Assembly (NCBI GenBank): GCA_945936135.1
Contig: CAMESG010000004.1
Coordinates: 50,520-114,519 of the forward strand
Length of the DNA: 64,000 bases
Direction: 5' to 3'
DNA from: an uncultured Mollicutes bacterium
GTDB taxonomy: Bacteria; Bacillota_I; Bacilli_A; RFN20; CAG-826
Positions 9,846 through 19,741 of the stretch are shown here, in pieces. Made by a program: the position numbers and the translations under genes. The first letter of the stretch is position 1; the number at the start of each line of letters is the position of its first letter. Below the pieces are notes generated by a model. It ran no database searches. It was given only the letters and a program-made list of their open reading frames with translations, and was not told the DNA's origin.

Positions 9846-11060
9846 TTACCAACGGCAAGTTTTATCGATTAAATCGGCGAGTTCTCGACCGCTCGTGATG
9901 GCCGCGGCGATGTTCTTGGGTCCGTAACGGCAATCGCCGTTCACATAAATATTGGAGAAAGGATGGGCGATGTCGGTCGCGTTTTCAAAACGTCGATCCA
10001 AAGAAGAGAGGATCGATTTCTGCCCAATCGCAAGGATCAAGCATTCCGCGGGAACCTCCGTCTCGCTCCCTTCCACTTCAACGGGTTTTCTTCTTCCGCT
10101 TGAATCGGGCTCGCCAAGTTGCATTTTAACGATTTCGATCCCTGAAAGTCTTCCTTCGTCGTCCTTCACAGATTTCACGTTCGTCAAGAAAGCGAAATTC
10201 ACCCCTTCTTCTTGGGCTAATCTTATCTCTTTTGGGTTTCCGGGCATTTCTGCTAGCCCACGACGGTAGAGGATCGTCGCGTTACCGAAAAGTCGTTTCG
10301 CCGTTCTAGCGCAATCCAAGGCGACGTTGCCGCCGCCCCATACATAGATCGGGGAATCTTTCGCAAGTTGAAAGTCGTGCCCTTCATTCGTATAACGGAG
10401 AAAATCAAGCCCACCATAGATCCCTGGAAGCCGAGGCAAGTTTCCGAAATTTTCCTTTTCGGTTCCAATGCCAAGCACAACGCCGTCAAATTCTTCTTCC
10501 AAAGCGGCAAGGGTGATGTCGCTTCCAACGTCGCATCCATAATGGAACACTCCGCCAAGATCCTTAAGGTCGGATTCGATGTTTTTTAAAACGTTTTTGT
10601 CAAAACGCCAATCGGGGATGGCATTAAGGATTGCACCGCCCAAAGACTCATTCTTCTCAAAAAAGTCGACGTTCCAACCGCGCCTTAACAAATAGTAAGC
10701 GGTCGTGAGATTCGCAGGTCCTGCGCCAACGAAAGCCAAACGACCCTTTAACATCCTCACTCTCCCCAAGAAACGATGCCCAATAGATGCAAGATGAGCC
10801 TCGATCGAAGGGAAATCGACGGGTTCGTTCTTATTTCCCAAAATGCAGTTGCCGAGACATTGACGTTCCGTGTCGCATAAAGCGGACGTTAGTTCCGGAA
10901 AGGGGTTGACGGAATACAAAACGTCAGAAGCTTCATCCACCTTTCCCTCTTTCAGCAAACCTAGGATCTCCTTAATTTTGATTTTCGCGGGGCAAGAAGA
11001 CTCCGCTAGGCAATGCAGACATTGAAGGCAACGATTGGACTCGTTAAGAACATTTTCCAT
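9846..11060 (-). CDS. GltD-family Fe-S / FAD / NAD(P)-dependent oxidoreductase (small-subunit-like)
   Basis: N-terminal Cys cluster CLQCLHC..C; dinucleotide-binding GxGxxN (VGAGPANL); second Rossmann motif VWGGGNVALD. Confidence 0.7.
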   Translation of the reverse strand: MENVLNESNRCLQCLHCLAESSCPAKIKIKEILGLLKEGKVDEASDVLYSVNPFPELTSALCDTERQCLGNCILGNKNEPVDFPSIEAHLASIGHRFLGRVRMLKGRLAFVGAGPANLTTAYYLLRRGWNVDFFEKNESLGGAILNAIPDWRFDKNVLKNIESDLKDLGGVFHYGCDVGSDITLAALEEEFDGVVLGIGTEKENFGNLPRLPGIYGGLDFLRYTNEGHDFQLAKDSPIYVWGGGNVALDCARTAKRLFGNATILYRRGLAEMPGNPKEIRLAQEEGVNFAFLTNVKSVKDDEGRLSGIEIVKMQLGEPDSSGRRKPVEVEGSETEVPAECLILAIGQKSILSSLDRRFENATDIAHPFSNIYVNGDCRYGPKNIAAAITSGRELADLIDKTCRW

Positions 11061-11116
11061 AATGCGCGTATTCTAACGCCATTGCGTGCGCATGGGGAGA
11101 AGAATAAACTTCCTTT

Positions 11117-11854
11117 ATGGCTATCGATCCCTATTTCTTGCCCCATCTCCAAGACTTGAACCGGCAAGCGCAAAAGCAGTATCGCACCATAGGTAGCGCC
11201 TTTTTGACGTTAGAAGAGGCGGCTTTTGCAACGAATTTCTTCCAAGGGAAAGCAAATTTTAAGGTAGACGGTGGTTACGAAGAAGCCGAAAGAGTGCGTC
11301 TGTTCTTCGCTCCGGACGGGGAAGAGATCATCTCGGATTTGGTTTTGCTTAAAATCTCGCCAAAGGGGAAAAGACTTGGGATGGCGCTAGCCCATCGGGA
11401 TACCTTAGGCGCAATTATGGGCTTAGGGATCCGCCGAGATTGCATCGGAGACCTCGTTATTTTTGAAGGCGAAGCTTACCTCTTTGCTTTGCCTTCTTTG
11501 AAAGATGATCTTCTATCGTTGAGCGAAGTTGGGCGTCAAGCCGTAACCGTAGAAGAGATCCCTTTATCTTCGTTCGCCTTTGCTCCGAAGATCGAAGAAA
11601 AGAGGATCACCCTTTCGAGTCTTCGCCTTGATCTGGTCGTTTCGGCGGCATTCAGCCTAAGCCGAGATAGCGCGAAAAGAGCCGTGGTTTCAGGCTTAGT
11701 GACCCTCAACGGCGTCATCGTTCAAAAACCAGATCTCGAACTTCAAGAAGGCGATCGATTCTCCTTGAAAAGTAAGGGCAAGCGAAAGGTCCTGTCTCTT
11801 GAAGGCGAGTCGAAAAAAGGCAAGGAAGTCGTGATCCTTGGCTATTATCGTTGA
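11117..11854 (+). CDS. YlmH-like S4-domain RNA-binding protein
   Basis: C-terminal S4 domain (LRLDLVVSAAFSLSRDSAKRAVVSGLVTLNG); 245 aa. Confidence 0.6.
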   Translation: MAIDPYFLPHLQDLNRQAQKQYRTIGSAFLTLEEAAFATNFFQGKANFKVDGGYEEAERVRLFFAPDGEEIISDLVLLKISPKGKRLGMALAHRDTLGAIMGLGIRRDCIGDLVIFEGEAYLFALPSLKDDLLSLSEVGRQAVTVEEIPLSSFAFAPKIEEKRITLSSLRLDLVVSAAFSLSRDSAKRAVVSGLVTLNGVIVQKPDLELQEGDRFSLKSKGKRKVLSLEGESKKGKEVVILGYYR

Positions 11855-12414
11855 GAATAATTCGGATCTAAGCGATCCAATAAAGCAACAGAAGCTTTCG
11901 CTGCCTCTTCCCTCGATAAACTATCCTTTCGGAAGATGATCCGCGCATAGATGCAAGCGATGCCGGAAGCAACAATTTTTAGTTCGGTTCGTTGTTCTTC
12001 ATTTTCGGGGTAAAAAGCATCTTCGAAGTGGCGAAGATTGATTTTCGTGATCGTGTCTTCAAGCCCTAATCGGAAGTTTTCGGGCATGCTTTGAGAAAGG
12101 GCGAGGGTTACTTTCTTGTTACTCTCAATGGCTTCGCTCACCGTTTCGAAGAAGCGAACGCGAAGTTCGTGTGTTTCAAATCCGATTTCTTCGCAGGCCT
12201 TTTCCAAGCGACCGAAATATTCCTTGGCAATGGCCATTGCAAGATCCTTCATGTTCCGATAATGGTTGTAGAACGTGCCACGATTAACGCCCGAAGTTTC
12301 GCATAGCTTGGTGATCGTGATTCTGTTGAAAGGGACGCCGTCCTCCAAGAGATCCATCAGCCCTTGACGCAATTGTTCTTTGCTCCGTTTTGCATTTGAA
12401 TACTCGTTTCTCAT
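11845..12414 (-). CDS. TetR-family transcriptional regulator
   Basis: N-terminal TetR-type HTH (ITITKLCETSGVNRGTFYNHY); 189 aa. Confidence 0.75.
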   Translation of the reverse strand: MRNEYSNAKRSKEQLRQGLMDLLEDGVPFNRITITKLCETSGVNRGTFYNHYRNMKDLAMAIAKEYFGRLEKACEEIGFETHELRVRFFETVSEAIESNKKVTLALSQSMPENFRLGLEDTITKINLRHFEDAFYPENEEQRTELKIVASGIACIYARIIFRKDSLSREEAAKASVALLDRLDPNYSQR

Positions 12415-12544
12415 TCGTAAAGTTACCCTTTTCTTGTTTTACAGGATACCACAAAATTCGAGGCGGAAATCTGTTTCTAAATCCCTTTTCGTTCTCATAT
12501 CCCCATCCCCTCCTTTGCGGTAAAATAGAGCAAGGGAAACGACA

Positions 12545-13396
12545 ATGGATGATCTTCTTCTACGCGCGCTAGGTGAAAACTTGCAATACGTTGGCATCGC
12601 CGCCGAGGTAACCAACGCTTTAAACGAAGCCATCGATAAGCGCCATTACGATGTAACGACGGCGACGCTTGTCGGCAAAATGCTTTTGTTGACCGCGATG
12701 CTCGCAAGTTCGTTGAAAGGCAACGATTATTTGACCCTCTATATCCGCGATCCCGAAGGGCGATTCGCCCTCACCGCCGTCGCGGATGCAAAGGTTCAAA
12801 TCAAAGCTTCTTCTAATCTTCAAAACGGCACCCCGGACAAAGGGAAAGCTACGTTCACGCTCGCCAAAGATCTAGGACTAAAAGAGCCTTACTCCTCTTG
12901 CATCGATATGGACCTGTCCGATTTCGAAAAGGCCGTTTCTGACTATTTCAAGCAAAGCGAACAGAGCCTCGCAAAAGCCTGCCTTCACATCAATTTCGAT
13001 GAAACAGGTCACTGCACTCGCGCCTTCGGCTACATGCTTCAAGCCCTTCCCTTCGCGACTTTAGAAGCAACAGACCGCCTTTTCAGCCGCTTTGACGGAA
13101 TGTTGAAGGGCGAGTCCATTGAATTCCGAAACATGGGCATGAGCGATATCCTTGACGCCTTATTCCGCGGATCCGATCATCAAATCATCGTCGAAAAACC
13201 CATCCTTTGGCATTGCGGATGCAGCAAAGAAAAAGCCGTCAATTCTTTACGCGTTTGCGGCTCAAATGTCCTTCGTTCGTTAATCGCTGAAGGGAAAACC
13301 ACCCACGTAGACTGCGCTTTCTGTGGGAATTCCTATTATTTCACCGTAGATGATCTACGCGACATTCTAAAAGAAATCGAACCAAACAAGGCCTAA
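12545..13396 (+). CDS. hslO: Hsp33 redox-regulated chaperone
   Basis: 283 aa; C-terminal zinc centre CGCS...CAFCG (CxC...CxxC). Confidence 0.7.
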   Translation: MDDLLLRALGENLQYVGIAAEVTNALNEAIDKRHYDVTTATLVGKMLLLTAMLASSLKGNDYLTLYIRDPEGRFALTAVADAKVQIKASSNLQNGTPDKGKATFTLAKDLGLKEPYSSCIDMDLSDFEKAVSDYFKQSEQSLAKACLHINFDETGHCTRAFGYMLQALPFATLEATDRLFSRFDGMLKGESIEFRNMGMSDILDALFRGSDHQIIVEKPILWHCGCSKEKAVNSLRVCGSNVLRSLIAEGKTTHVDCAFCGNSYYFTVDDLRDILKEIEPNKA

Positions 13397-13830
13397 TCTT
13401 GGCCAATGAGTGCCAAGTAGCGTTTCAAGATTACACCAGCGGCGGCGCTATCGATGCACCGCTTCTGCTTTTTTGCGTTCAAGCCGATTTCATGGAGCAA
13501 GGCTGCGGCTTCCACGGTCGAGTTTCGTTCGTCGACCTTCGTGATTTTTGCGTTAGGAAAGGCGTCTTGAACCTTTGGAATAAACGCTTCGACAATCGGG
13601 GTCATCTCACAAGGATCGCCACTCGGATATAAAGGCCAACCTATCGCAATGTTCTCAATGGTCTCGCCGAAAAGAGCATCTTTGAGTCCTTGGATCGCGC
13701 TTTTATAATCGCCCGCTTTAAAACGGAGTTCCGGAAGCAAGTTCACGAACATCCCCGAACGGCTTAAGGCAATGCCGAGGGATCCCTTGCCTAAATCAAG
13801 CGCCAAAATGTTTTTTTCCATCCGGTTCAT
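13393..13830 (-). CDS. ruvX: Holliday-junction resolvase-like RuvX/YqgF
   Basis: 145 aa; N-terminal ILALDLGKGSLGIA; overall YqgF pattern. Confidence 0.8.
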   Translation of the reverse strand: MNRMEKNILALDLGKGSLGIALSRSGMFVNLLPELRFKAGDYKSAIQGLKDALFGETIENIAIGWPLYPSGDPCEMTPIVEAFIPKVQDAFPNAKITKVDERNSTVEAAALLHEIGLNAKKQKRCIDSAAAGVILKRYLALIGQD

Positions 13831-13902
13831 TCTACTTCTTAGACCCCTTCTTTCCTAGGGTCTTATCTTTACGGAAGCCACTTTCGTTGCGATAATACCG
13901 GC

Positions 13903-14475
13903 ATGGAAAACAAGAAAAAAGCATTGTCCAACGAAGGTTTGGCCTTCATCGTTCTTATCGTTTTGGCCTTAGTCGGGGTGGTCGTCTTGTTCTTTCGCGG
14001 TCTCGCCCCAGAAGCAGGTTATCCTTTCATCCTCCCCTTGCTTCTCCTTTCCGCCTCGCATCCCGTCTTGGTGATCATCGCTTCTTTCTTCCCTTTTCAA
14101 AATGGTTTGGGGCTTGAAGATAAAGAAAGGAAGAGCCTCCTTTATCTATCTTGCATCTCCTTCTGCATCTTGCTTGTACTTGCCTTGCTTTGCGAATTTG
14201 GAAGCTTTGGCGAGGAAATGAAAAACTTCGCGCCTTTGTTCGCGTTTGCTTCAGGTTTCCCCGCCTTTTTAACGCACGCCGGTCTATTGCTCTACAAGGC
14301 TTTTAAGAGCAAAGAAGAGGATTCTGCAAAGAAAACGATTCTCACTGTCGTGATTCTTCTTGTGACAACCGCCGATATCATCGGTTTAATTTTCCTTGGT
14401 TTAGGTAATTTCGCCTTTGGCTATTTACTGCTTGCGAACATCTTCTTCGCCTTTCTTTTCCCCAACTTGGCTTAA
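13903..14475 (+). CDS. small polytopic membrane protein
   Basis: Hydrophobic ORF of 190 aa. Confidence 0.4.
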   Translation: MENKKKALSNEGLAFIVLIVLALVGVVVLFFRGLAPEAGYPFILPLLLLSASHPVLVIIASFFPFQNGLGLEDKERKSLLYLSCISFCILLVLALLCEFGSFGEEMKNFAPLFAFASGFPAFLTHAGLLLYKAFKSKEEDSAKKTILTVVILLVTTADIIGLIFLGLGNFAFGYLLLANIFFAFLFPNLA

Positions 14476-15045
14476 GGCTGCTTTCTTCTTTTCTTCCAAG
14501 CGGTGGAGGCGAAGATTCGAGAGGTTGACCGCGATCCACCAGATCAAAAGGAGCATCGGCAGCACCATCAAAATCCAATAGGTGATGTTGGCAAAATCGA
14601 AAGGCGTATACGGCCCTAGATCGTTTTCGAAACTCGAAACATAGCTGACCGTGGCGATCAATGCCGCCATGGTTCCAATCGCCATCGCAATGAGCCCCGG
14701 GAACATCAAGGCGTTCAACTTTCCGCAGGTGCGAAAGTTTGGCTTGAAGGCAACGAATACGCCAACGAAGCATAGATACGCCCAGGAAATCACCGTAAGG
14801 GCAAAAAACGTGGCGCTAAGAGGCGAAGCAAAGATCAATTGATAGCCCGATAACGAAGAGGCGGCAATTCCTTCGCCGACAAGGATTTCTGGCGCGACCG
14901 GAAATAAAGGAAAGGCGAAGCTAATCGCGAAAAACACGGGGAAGAAAGCCAAACAAATGGGAACCCAGTAAAAGCCTTTGTTCTTTTCCGGCAGGTTATG
15001 ATCCTTGTCTTCCATCGAATCGACGTTGGTATAGCTGTTCTTCAT
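14425..15045 (-). CDS. polytopic membrane protein
   Basis: Hydrophobic ORF of 206 aa; overlaps the preceding ORF on the opposite strand. Confidence 0.45.
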   Translation of the reverse strand: MKNSYTNVDSMEDKDHNLPEKNKGFYWVPICLAFFPVFFAISFAFPLFPVAPEILVGEGIAASSLSGYQLIFASPLSATFFALTVISWAYLCFVGVFVAFKPNFRTCGKLNALMFPGLIAMAIGTMAALIATVSYVSSFENDLGPYTPFDFANITYWILMVLPMLLLIWWIAVNLSNLRLHRLEEKKKAALSQVGEKKGEEDVRKQ

Positions 15046-15653
15046 CGAAATCTCTCCAATAAATAGCGTAGCATAAGCCTCGCGGTCAAGGGCACGACAT
15101 AGTGCGCGGTATCTTCCAAAATGTTTGGAATTTCCTTCAAAGGAACAAGGCGGCAGCGGATGTCTTCAAATTCTTCGAGCCGTTTCTCTTTAAATTCAAC
15201 AATGCGAGCAAGAAGCAAGGAATCGATCTCATCGCTTAATCCGCTAGAGGTAGGCGAAGGAGGAGAAATGACTTCGATATCGTCGATCACAACGCCGCTT
15301 TCTTCCAATGCTTCTCGCTTTGCGGCTTCGATTTCGTCTTTATCTTGAGGATCAAGCAACCCCGCGGGGAAACTCGTCAGGTATCGTCCTAAGGCAGGGC
15401 GAAATTGAGTCGTTATGATCACTGAAACTTCTTCGGTGTTCGGATCTTGGTAATAGAGGCAAAGGACGACGGCGTCAGGGCGATCGAAATGAGGATTCTT
15501 CGCCTGCAATTGGTCAAGTTCATTCCTAGAGGCGACGAAGTAGGGATAATGGGCGATAGACCCATCCTCTTTGGTCACTTCATAATGCAAGGTGAAAAGG
15601 TTCAGGAATCGATGATCCGTTTCCTTGTCCGCTGAAAGAAATCGCCACTGCAT
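15042..15653 (-). CDS. NUDIX hydrolase (ADP-ribose pyrophosphatase-like)
   Basis: Nudix-like box GLLDPQDKDEIEAAKREALEESGV. Confidence 0.6.
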   Translation of the reverse strand: MQWRFLSADKETDHRFLNLFTLHYEVTKEDGSIAHYPYFVASRNELDQLQAKNPHFDRPDAVVLCLYYQDPNTEEVSVIITTQFRPALGRYLTSFPAGLLDPQDKDEIEAAKREALEESGVVIDDIEVISPPSPTSSGLSDEIDSLLLARIVEFKEKRLEEFEDIRCRLVPLKEIPNILEDTAHYVVPLTARLMLRYLLERFR

Positions 15654-15705
15654 GGCTAAACTATACCCTTCTTTAAATCCTTCACCAATAGTAAACTATT
15701 GAGGT

Positions 15706-16281
15706 ATGCCACTCTATTATTGCAGACACGGACAAACGGATTGGAACATCCAAGGCTTGGTTCAAGGACGAGTGAACATCCCCTTGAACGAAATTGGAAT
15801 TCAACAAGCCCAAGAGGCGAGGGAGCATTTGAAGGATCTTCCAATTGATCTTGCCTTTTGTTCCCCGATAGGGCGGACCATGCAGACCGCGGACATCATT
15901 CTCAAAGGGAGAAACATTCCTCTTCAAGAAGATCCTAGACTTCTGGAGTTCTATTACGGAATTTATGAAGGGAAGAGCATCAAGGACGAGGAATTCCTTG
16001 CGAGAAGGAAAGCCCACTTCAAAAGGGTCAAGGGCGCCGAAAGCTATTTCGACGTTGCCTATCGCGTTTATTCCTTCCTCCACGAAATCGAAGAAAAGTA
16101 TCCTGACAAGAACGTTCTCGTCATCGCTCATGGCGGTCTATCCCGCGTCGTTCAAAGCTACTTCTTCGATATGGAAAACGAGGAATTCGAAACCTTTCGA
16201 ATCGGCAATTGCGAGGTTGTTCGATACGATTGGCCGCACCGGGATATTCCGCAATGCATCGAACCCTCTGCATATAAATAA
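15706..16281 (+). CDS. histidine phosphatase family (phosphoglycerate-mutase-like) protein
   Basis: N-terminal RHG motif (YYCRHGQTDWN); 191 aa. Confidence 0.8.
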   Translation: MPLYYCRHGQTDWNIQGLVQGRVNIPLNEIGIQQAQEAREHLKDLPIDLAFCSPIGRTMQTADIILKGRNIPLQEDPRLLEFYYGIYEGKSIKDEEFLARRKAHFKRVKGAESYFDVAYRVYSFLHEIEEKYPDKNVLVIAHGGLSRVVQSYFFDMENEEFETFRIGNCEVVRYDWPHRDIPQCIEPSAYK

Positions 16282-16349
16282 GCGCAAAAATCCTATATCG
16301 TTATCAAATTGCGGGTTTTTATCCCGCTTAGCATTAGAAAGGAAGTAAC

Positions 16350-17659
16350 ATGAAACAAGAAATCACACCTGAACTGCTTGCGTCGTTTGAAAAGGAAGCC
16401 GATTGCACTTCCACCCACGCCGCCATGCGCAGCGTTATGGCCCATGGTTTATCCGCTAGCGCCGTGGACGAAGGGAAGAAAAGAACCAACCCCATGGTCT
16501 TCAACCTTGAATTGAAGGCAGGAGATGTTTGCAATCAAAAGCAATCCGGCCGCTGCTGGATGTTCGCAGGACTTAATATCCTTCGCATGACCGCGATGGA
16601 AAAACTCAACGTCAAGAATTTTGAGTTCAGCCAGTGCTATCTCCAGTTCTTTGACAAACTTGAAAAGGCGAACTTCTTCTTGGAGAAGGCTCTAGAGCGC
16701 AAGGATCGCCCGCTTGATGACCCGGAGCTCGTTTATCTCTTCGATCACGCGATTGAAGATGGCGGCCACTTTGCAATGTTCAAGAATCTTGTAAAGAAAT
16801 ACGGCGTTTTCCTTCTTCCGTCATGCCCGATAGTTCCGTTTCCTCAAGCACAAAGGAACTAAACGCCTTCCTCCATCGAATTCTCGCGGCGGATTTCCTT
16901 GCGTTAAAAGAAGCCCAAGATCCCAAAAAAGAAAAGGAAGCGATGCTTCAAGACATCTATCGCCTCCTGACGATTTGCCTTGGCGTTCCGCCGAAGAGCT
17001 TCGTCTATGAATACACGGACAAAGATGAGAAGGCTCAACGCATCCAAACCACTCCAAAGGAATTCTTCGATACCTACGTCGGAGAAGAATTGGAAGATTG
17101 GGTGAGCCTCGCGCATGTACCGATGCTCCGCTTCCCGCCTTACGAGAAAGTTGGCGCCCCCTTGGTCAATAACGTTGTCGAAGGCGAGCACGCCTTCTTC
17201 TTCAACGTTAGCATGGACGAATTCAAGCATGCCGTCCTCTCTGAACTCAAAGCGGGTCGTCCCGTTTGGTTCGGCGCTGATGTCGGCGCGGAATCGCTTC
17301 GCAAAGAGGGCTTCCTTGTCAAAGACGTCCTTCGTCTTGACGAACTAACGGGAATTAATCCGAACATCGATAAGGGCCAATTGCTCGACACTCGCGTCTC
17401 CCATTGCTCCCACGCGATGGCCTTCACGGGCGCAAACATCGAAGAGGGCGGCCGCGTCTCTCGCTACAAGGTCGAGAACTCTTGGGGCGAAGAAAACGGC
17501 AAGAAAGGCTTCTACGTCATGGACGAGGCTTGGTTTGAGACGTACGTTCACCAAATCTTCGTCCGTCGCAGCTCCTTGCCGGAAGACCTGTTGAAGAAAT
17601 ACGACGAAGCGAAAGTATCGGAGGTCGGGCCCTTCAATACGCTTTGGTTACAAGACTAA
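16350..17659 (+). pseudogene. pepC: aminopeptidase C / bleomycin hydrolase (C1B) split by a 1-nt frameshift near 16815
   Basis: ORF 16350-16862 carries the active-site QSGRCWMFAG; ORF 16823-17659 carries the His region HAMAFTG; the frames join at ...KKYGV|FPSSVMP... inside the run GTTTTCC. Confidence 0.7.
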
Positions 17660-17670
17660 CAACGTTGAAA

Positions 17671-17698
17671 GCGCGGTCATATGTCCGCGTTTTCTTTT
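17671..17698 (+). terminator. rho-independent terminator after pepC
   Basis: Hairpin CGCGG-tcatatgt-CCGCG followed by TTTTCTTTT. Confidence 0.5.
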
Positions 17699-18267
17699 GC
17701 CTGGCGAACAATCGTTTCCAATTGATCCAACTTAGCGGAGAGCTCCGCGATTTCCTGTTCGTCGCGAAAAGTGGATTTCCTCCACCTTTCTAATTGCTCC
17801 CTGGTTTCTTTTTTGGTGGGCGAAAGCCCTTCTTTTACCCCGTCTAGAACATAGCCTGCAATCGAGAGAACAGGCCCAAAATATTTAGAAACATTGGTGT
17901 CGTTATGATCAGCTGCGAGGATGAAAGGATATAGGTTCAAAAAGGCGTCAGCGTAAGGGTAATAAGGAACAGAAGATAAGTCATTAGGATCCCACTCCGG
18001 CAAATCAAGAGTTTCCGTCGAACCAGGCAGTTCAGCTTTCCGACTGAAAAGCACACTCAACGTAGAAGTCATTCCCGCCGTCCACATCTCTTGGGAAAAG
18101 CCAGGACCCGTAAGATAGGAGGAAACCAGAAAAAGAACATAAGGAGCAAGACCGCGAGCCTTGCGTTTTTCAGCGCTCTCAACTTCCATAACGTGGGAAA
18201 GGCCAACGCAGAACATGATGGCGATTTTTTCGCAAAGCATAGGGTTTAAAGTTACGGTTTCGTTCAT
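17677..18267 (-). CDS. hypothetical protein (196 aa)
   Basis: ORF with no recognisable motif; its 3' end overlaps the pepC terminator. Confidence 0.4.
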   Translation of the reverse strand: MNETVTLNPMLCEKIAIMFCVGLSHVMEVESAEKRKARGLAPYVLFLVSSYLTGPGFSQEMWTAGMTSTLSVLFSRKAELPGSTETLDLPEWDPNDLSSVPYYPYADAFLNLYPFILAADHNDTNVSKYFGPVLSIAGYVLDGVKEGLSPTKKETREQLERWRKSTFRDEQEIAELSAKLDQLETIVRQAKENADI

Positions 18268-18346
18268 GGAAAAAAGTATATAGTAAAGCAGAACAAAACA
18301 TGAAACGTTTAGGAAAAATTCTTATACTTTGAAGGTATACATTTGC

Positions 18347-18375
18347 TTGTGCTTTCATTTAAACATTCTTATACT
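18347..18375 (+). promoter_or_regulatory. putative promoter (-35 TTGTGC, 17 nt spacer, -10 TATACT) inside a tandem 14-bp direct repeat ATTCTTATACTTTG (18318-18331 and 18365-18378)
   Basis: Hexamers and the repeat read directly from the sequence. Confidence 0.3.
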
Positions 18376-18400
18376 TTGGTTAGAAAGAACAAAAGAAACA

Positions 18401-19741
18401 ATGGAAAATCAAATTCTCTCAAATTCTAAGTCACCAACGGTATTTATTGGTGAATCCAAAGTTAACATAGACTTGATTTTGGAATGGATTTGCGCCGCTA
18501 GAAATACAAACGATATTACTCTATACATTGGCTTTGAAAATCAAAATGGAAAGATCGTTTTAAAAGGTGTTGAGGAATTTGAGAGTGTGAAAAAATCCAT
18601 ACTGGATATCCTTCGCTGCGATTCTCGCATCTCATATCACTCCTATCTTTCTTCTGATTTAATCGTCAAAGAAGACAAAGAAAAGAAAGGTTTGATTCTC
18701 ACTGTCCGCGAAGCTCCCTCAGAAGAAAAGCCCGTCAAAATTTTCGACACTCTTTCCTATGCTTTTACTCCAGCAAGCGGGGTCCATGAGATTGTTTCAA
18801 AAGACTTAAGGATCCTTGAAAATATCAAAAACCCTTATCGCGCAGACACCTCAGAATTAAGTCAATTTTCCGCAAGTATTTTGCAGACAAATGCCTACCT
18901 CAGTTTCCGTGAAATCTTCTTTAAAAATCATGGGGACTATCGTCACAAAACGCCCAAGGAATTCATGTCCTTACTCTCATTTGGAACCGCTGATTTTCAC
19001 CCTACTTATGCAGGTGCAATTTTCTTTGGTAACGACGCTCTTCTTCGCGATATCCAGCCTGGCTTAACCTACAAACTTATCATTTTGAAAAACGCTGGTT
19101 CCCAGGTGTTTTCGCCTCAAGATGGTTCTTTTGAAGGTGGGGCGCTTTCTTTTTATCAATTTGCGATCAAAAAGTTTAAAGAAACCTATCCAAAAGAATC
19201 AGACCGCGAATTTTCTAACGCTTTATGCTATGCAATTACGAATGCTAATTATGAAGAAAACGAGCCTTTGATCGTTACTTTTTCAAAGGAAAAGGCAGAG
19301 ATTTCCTTCCAAGGAATCCGTGGATATTTCCGCCTTCCGCTTCACCCTTTGCTTTCGAATTGGTTCTTGATGATAGGCGTTGGAAAACCCTATTCCGCAT
19401 ATAAATCTCCCTACGTTTTTGATTCGCTTAATTCTACTTATTCAACGATCTTCTCCTTTGAAAAAACCAAGGAAGATTCCGTAAATGCAAAGGCTACATC
19501 CCGTCGAAAAGTCGAAGATGCGATTTACAAGAAATACGCCTCCATCTTTAAAGAACCACTGGTTTCCCATTTGGCCCAATTTGAAAAGGAAACCGGCGTG
19601 AATGTCTTTGGACGCACGGAAATCCTAAATGCCACCAAAGTTTCCCCAGCGACCGCGACCTCCATCATCAAGAAAATGGAAAAATCAAAAGTAATTAAGC
19701 CAATCAAAGGACAAGGCAAAGGAAAATTTCGTTTCCATTAA
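18401..19741 (+). CDS. AlbA_2 / HATPase_c_4-like putative DNA-binding regulator with a C-terminal winged HTH, encoded on a low-GC insert
   Basis: Start taken at ATG 18401 (MENQ) rather than the TTG at 18329; C-terminal LNATKVSPATATSIIKKMEKSKVIKP; regions resembling the HATPase_c_4 core (PLHPLLSNWFLMIGVG); GC clearly lower than flanking genes. Confidence 0.45.
   Translation: MENQILSNSKSPTVFIGESKVNIDLILEWICAARNTNDITLYIGFENQNGKIVLKGVEEFESVKKSILDILRCDSRISYHSYLSSDLIVKEDKEKKGLILTVREAPSEEKPVKIFDTLSYAFTPASGVHEIVSKDLRILENIKNPYRADTSELSQFSASILQTNAYLSFREIFFKNHGDYRHKTPKEFMSLLSFGTADFHPTYAGAIFFGNDALLRDIQPGLTYKLIILKNAGSQVFSPQDGSFEGGALSFYQFAIKKFKETYPKESDREFSNALCYAITNANYEENEPLIVTFSKEKAEISFQGIRGYFRLPLHPLLSNWFLMIGVGKPYSAYKSPYVFDSLNSTYSTIFSFEKTKEDSVNAKATSRRKVEDAIYKKYASIFKEPLVSHLAQFEKETGVNVFGRTEILNATKVSPATATSIIKKMEKSKVIKPIKGQGKGKFRFH

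Noticed and set aside
16282-16349. Hairpin GCGGG-tttttat-CCCGC between the histidine phosphatase gene and pepC
   Set aside because: The T-run lies in the loop rather than after the stem, so it is too weak to call a terminator.
18329-18400. TTG-initiated N-terminal extension MKVYICLCFHLNILILWLERTKET of the AlbA_2-like gene
   Set aside because: It is a hydrophobic, low-complexity translation of the AT-rich promoter repeats. The ATG at 18401 is the more plausible start.
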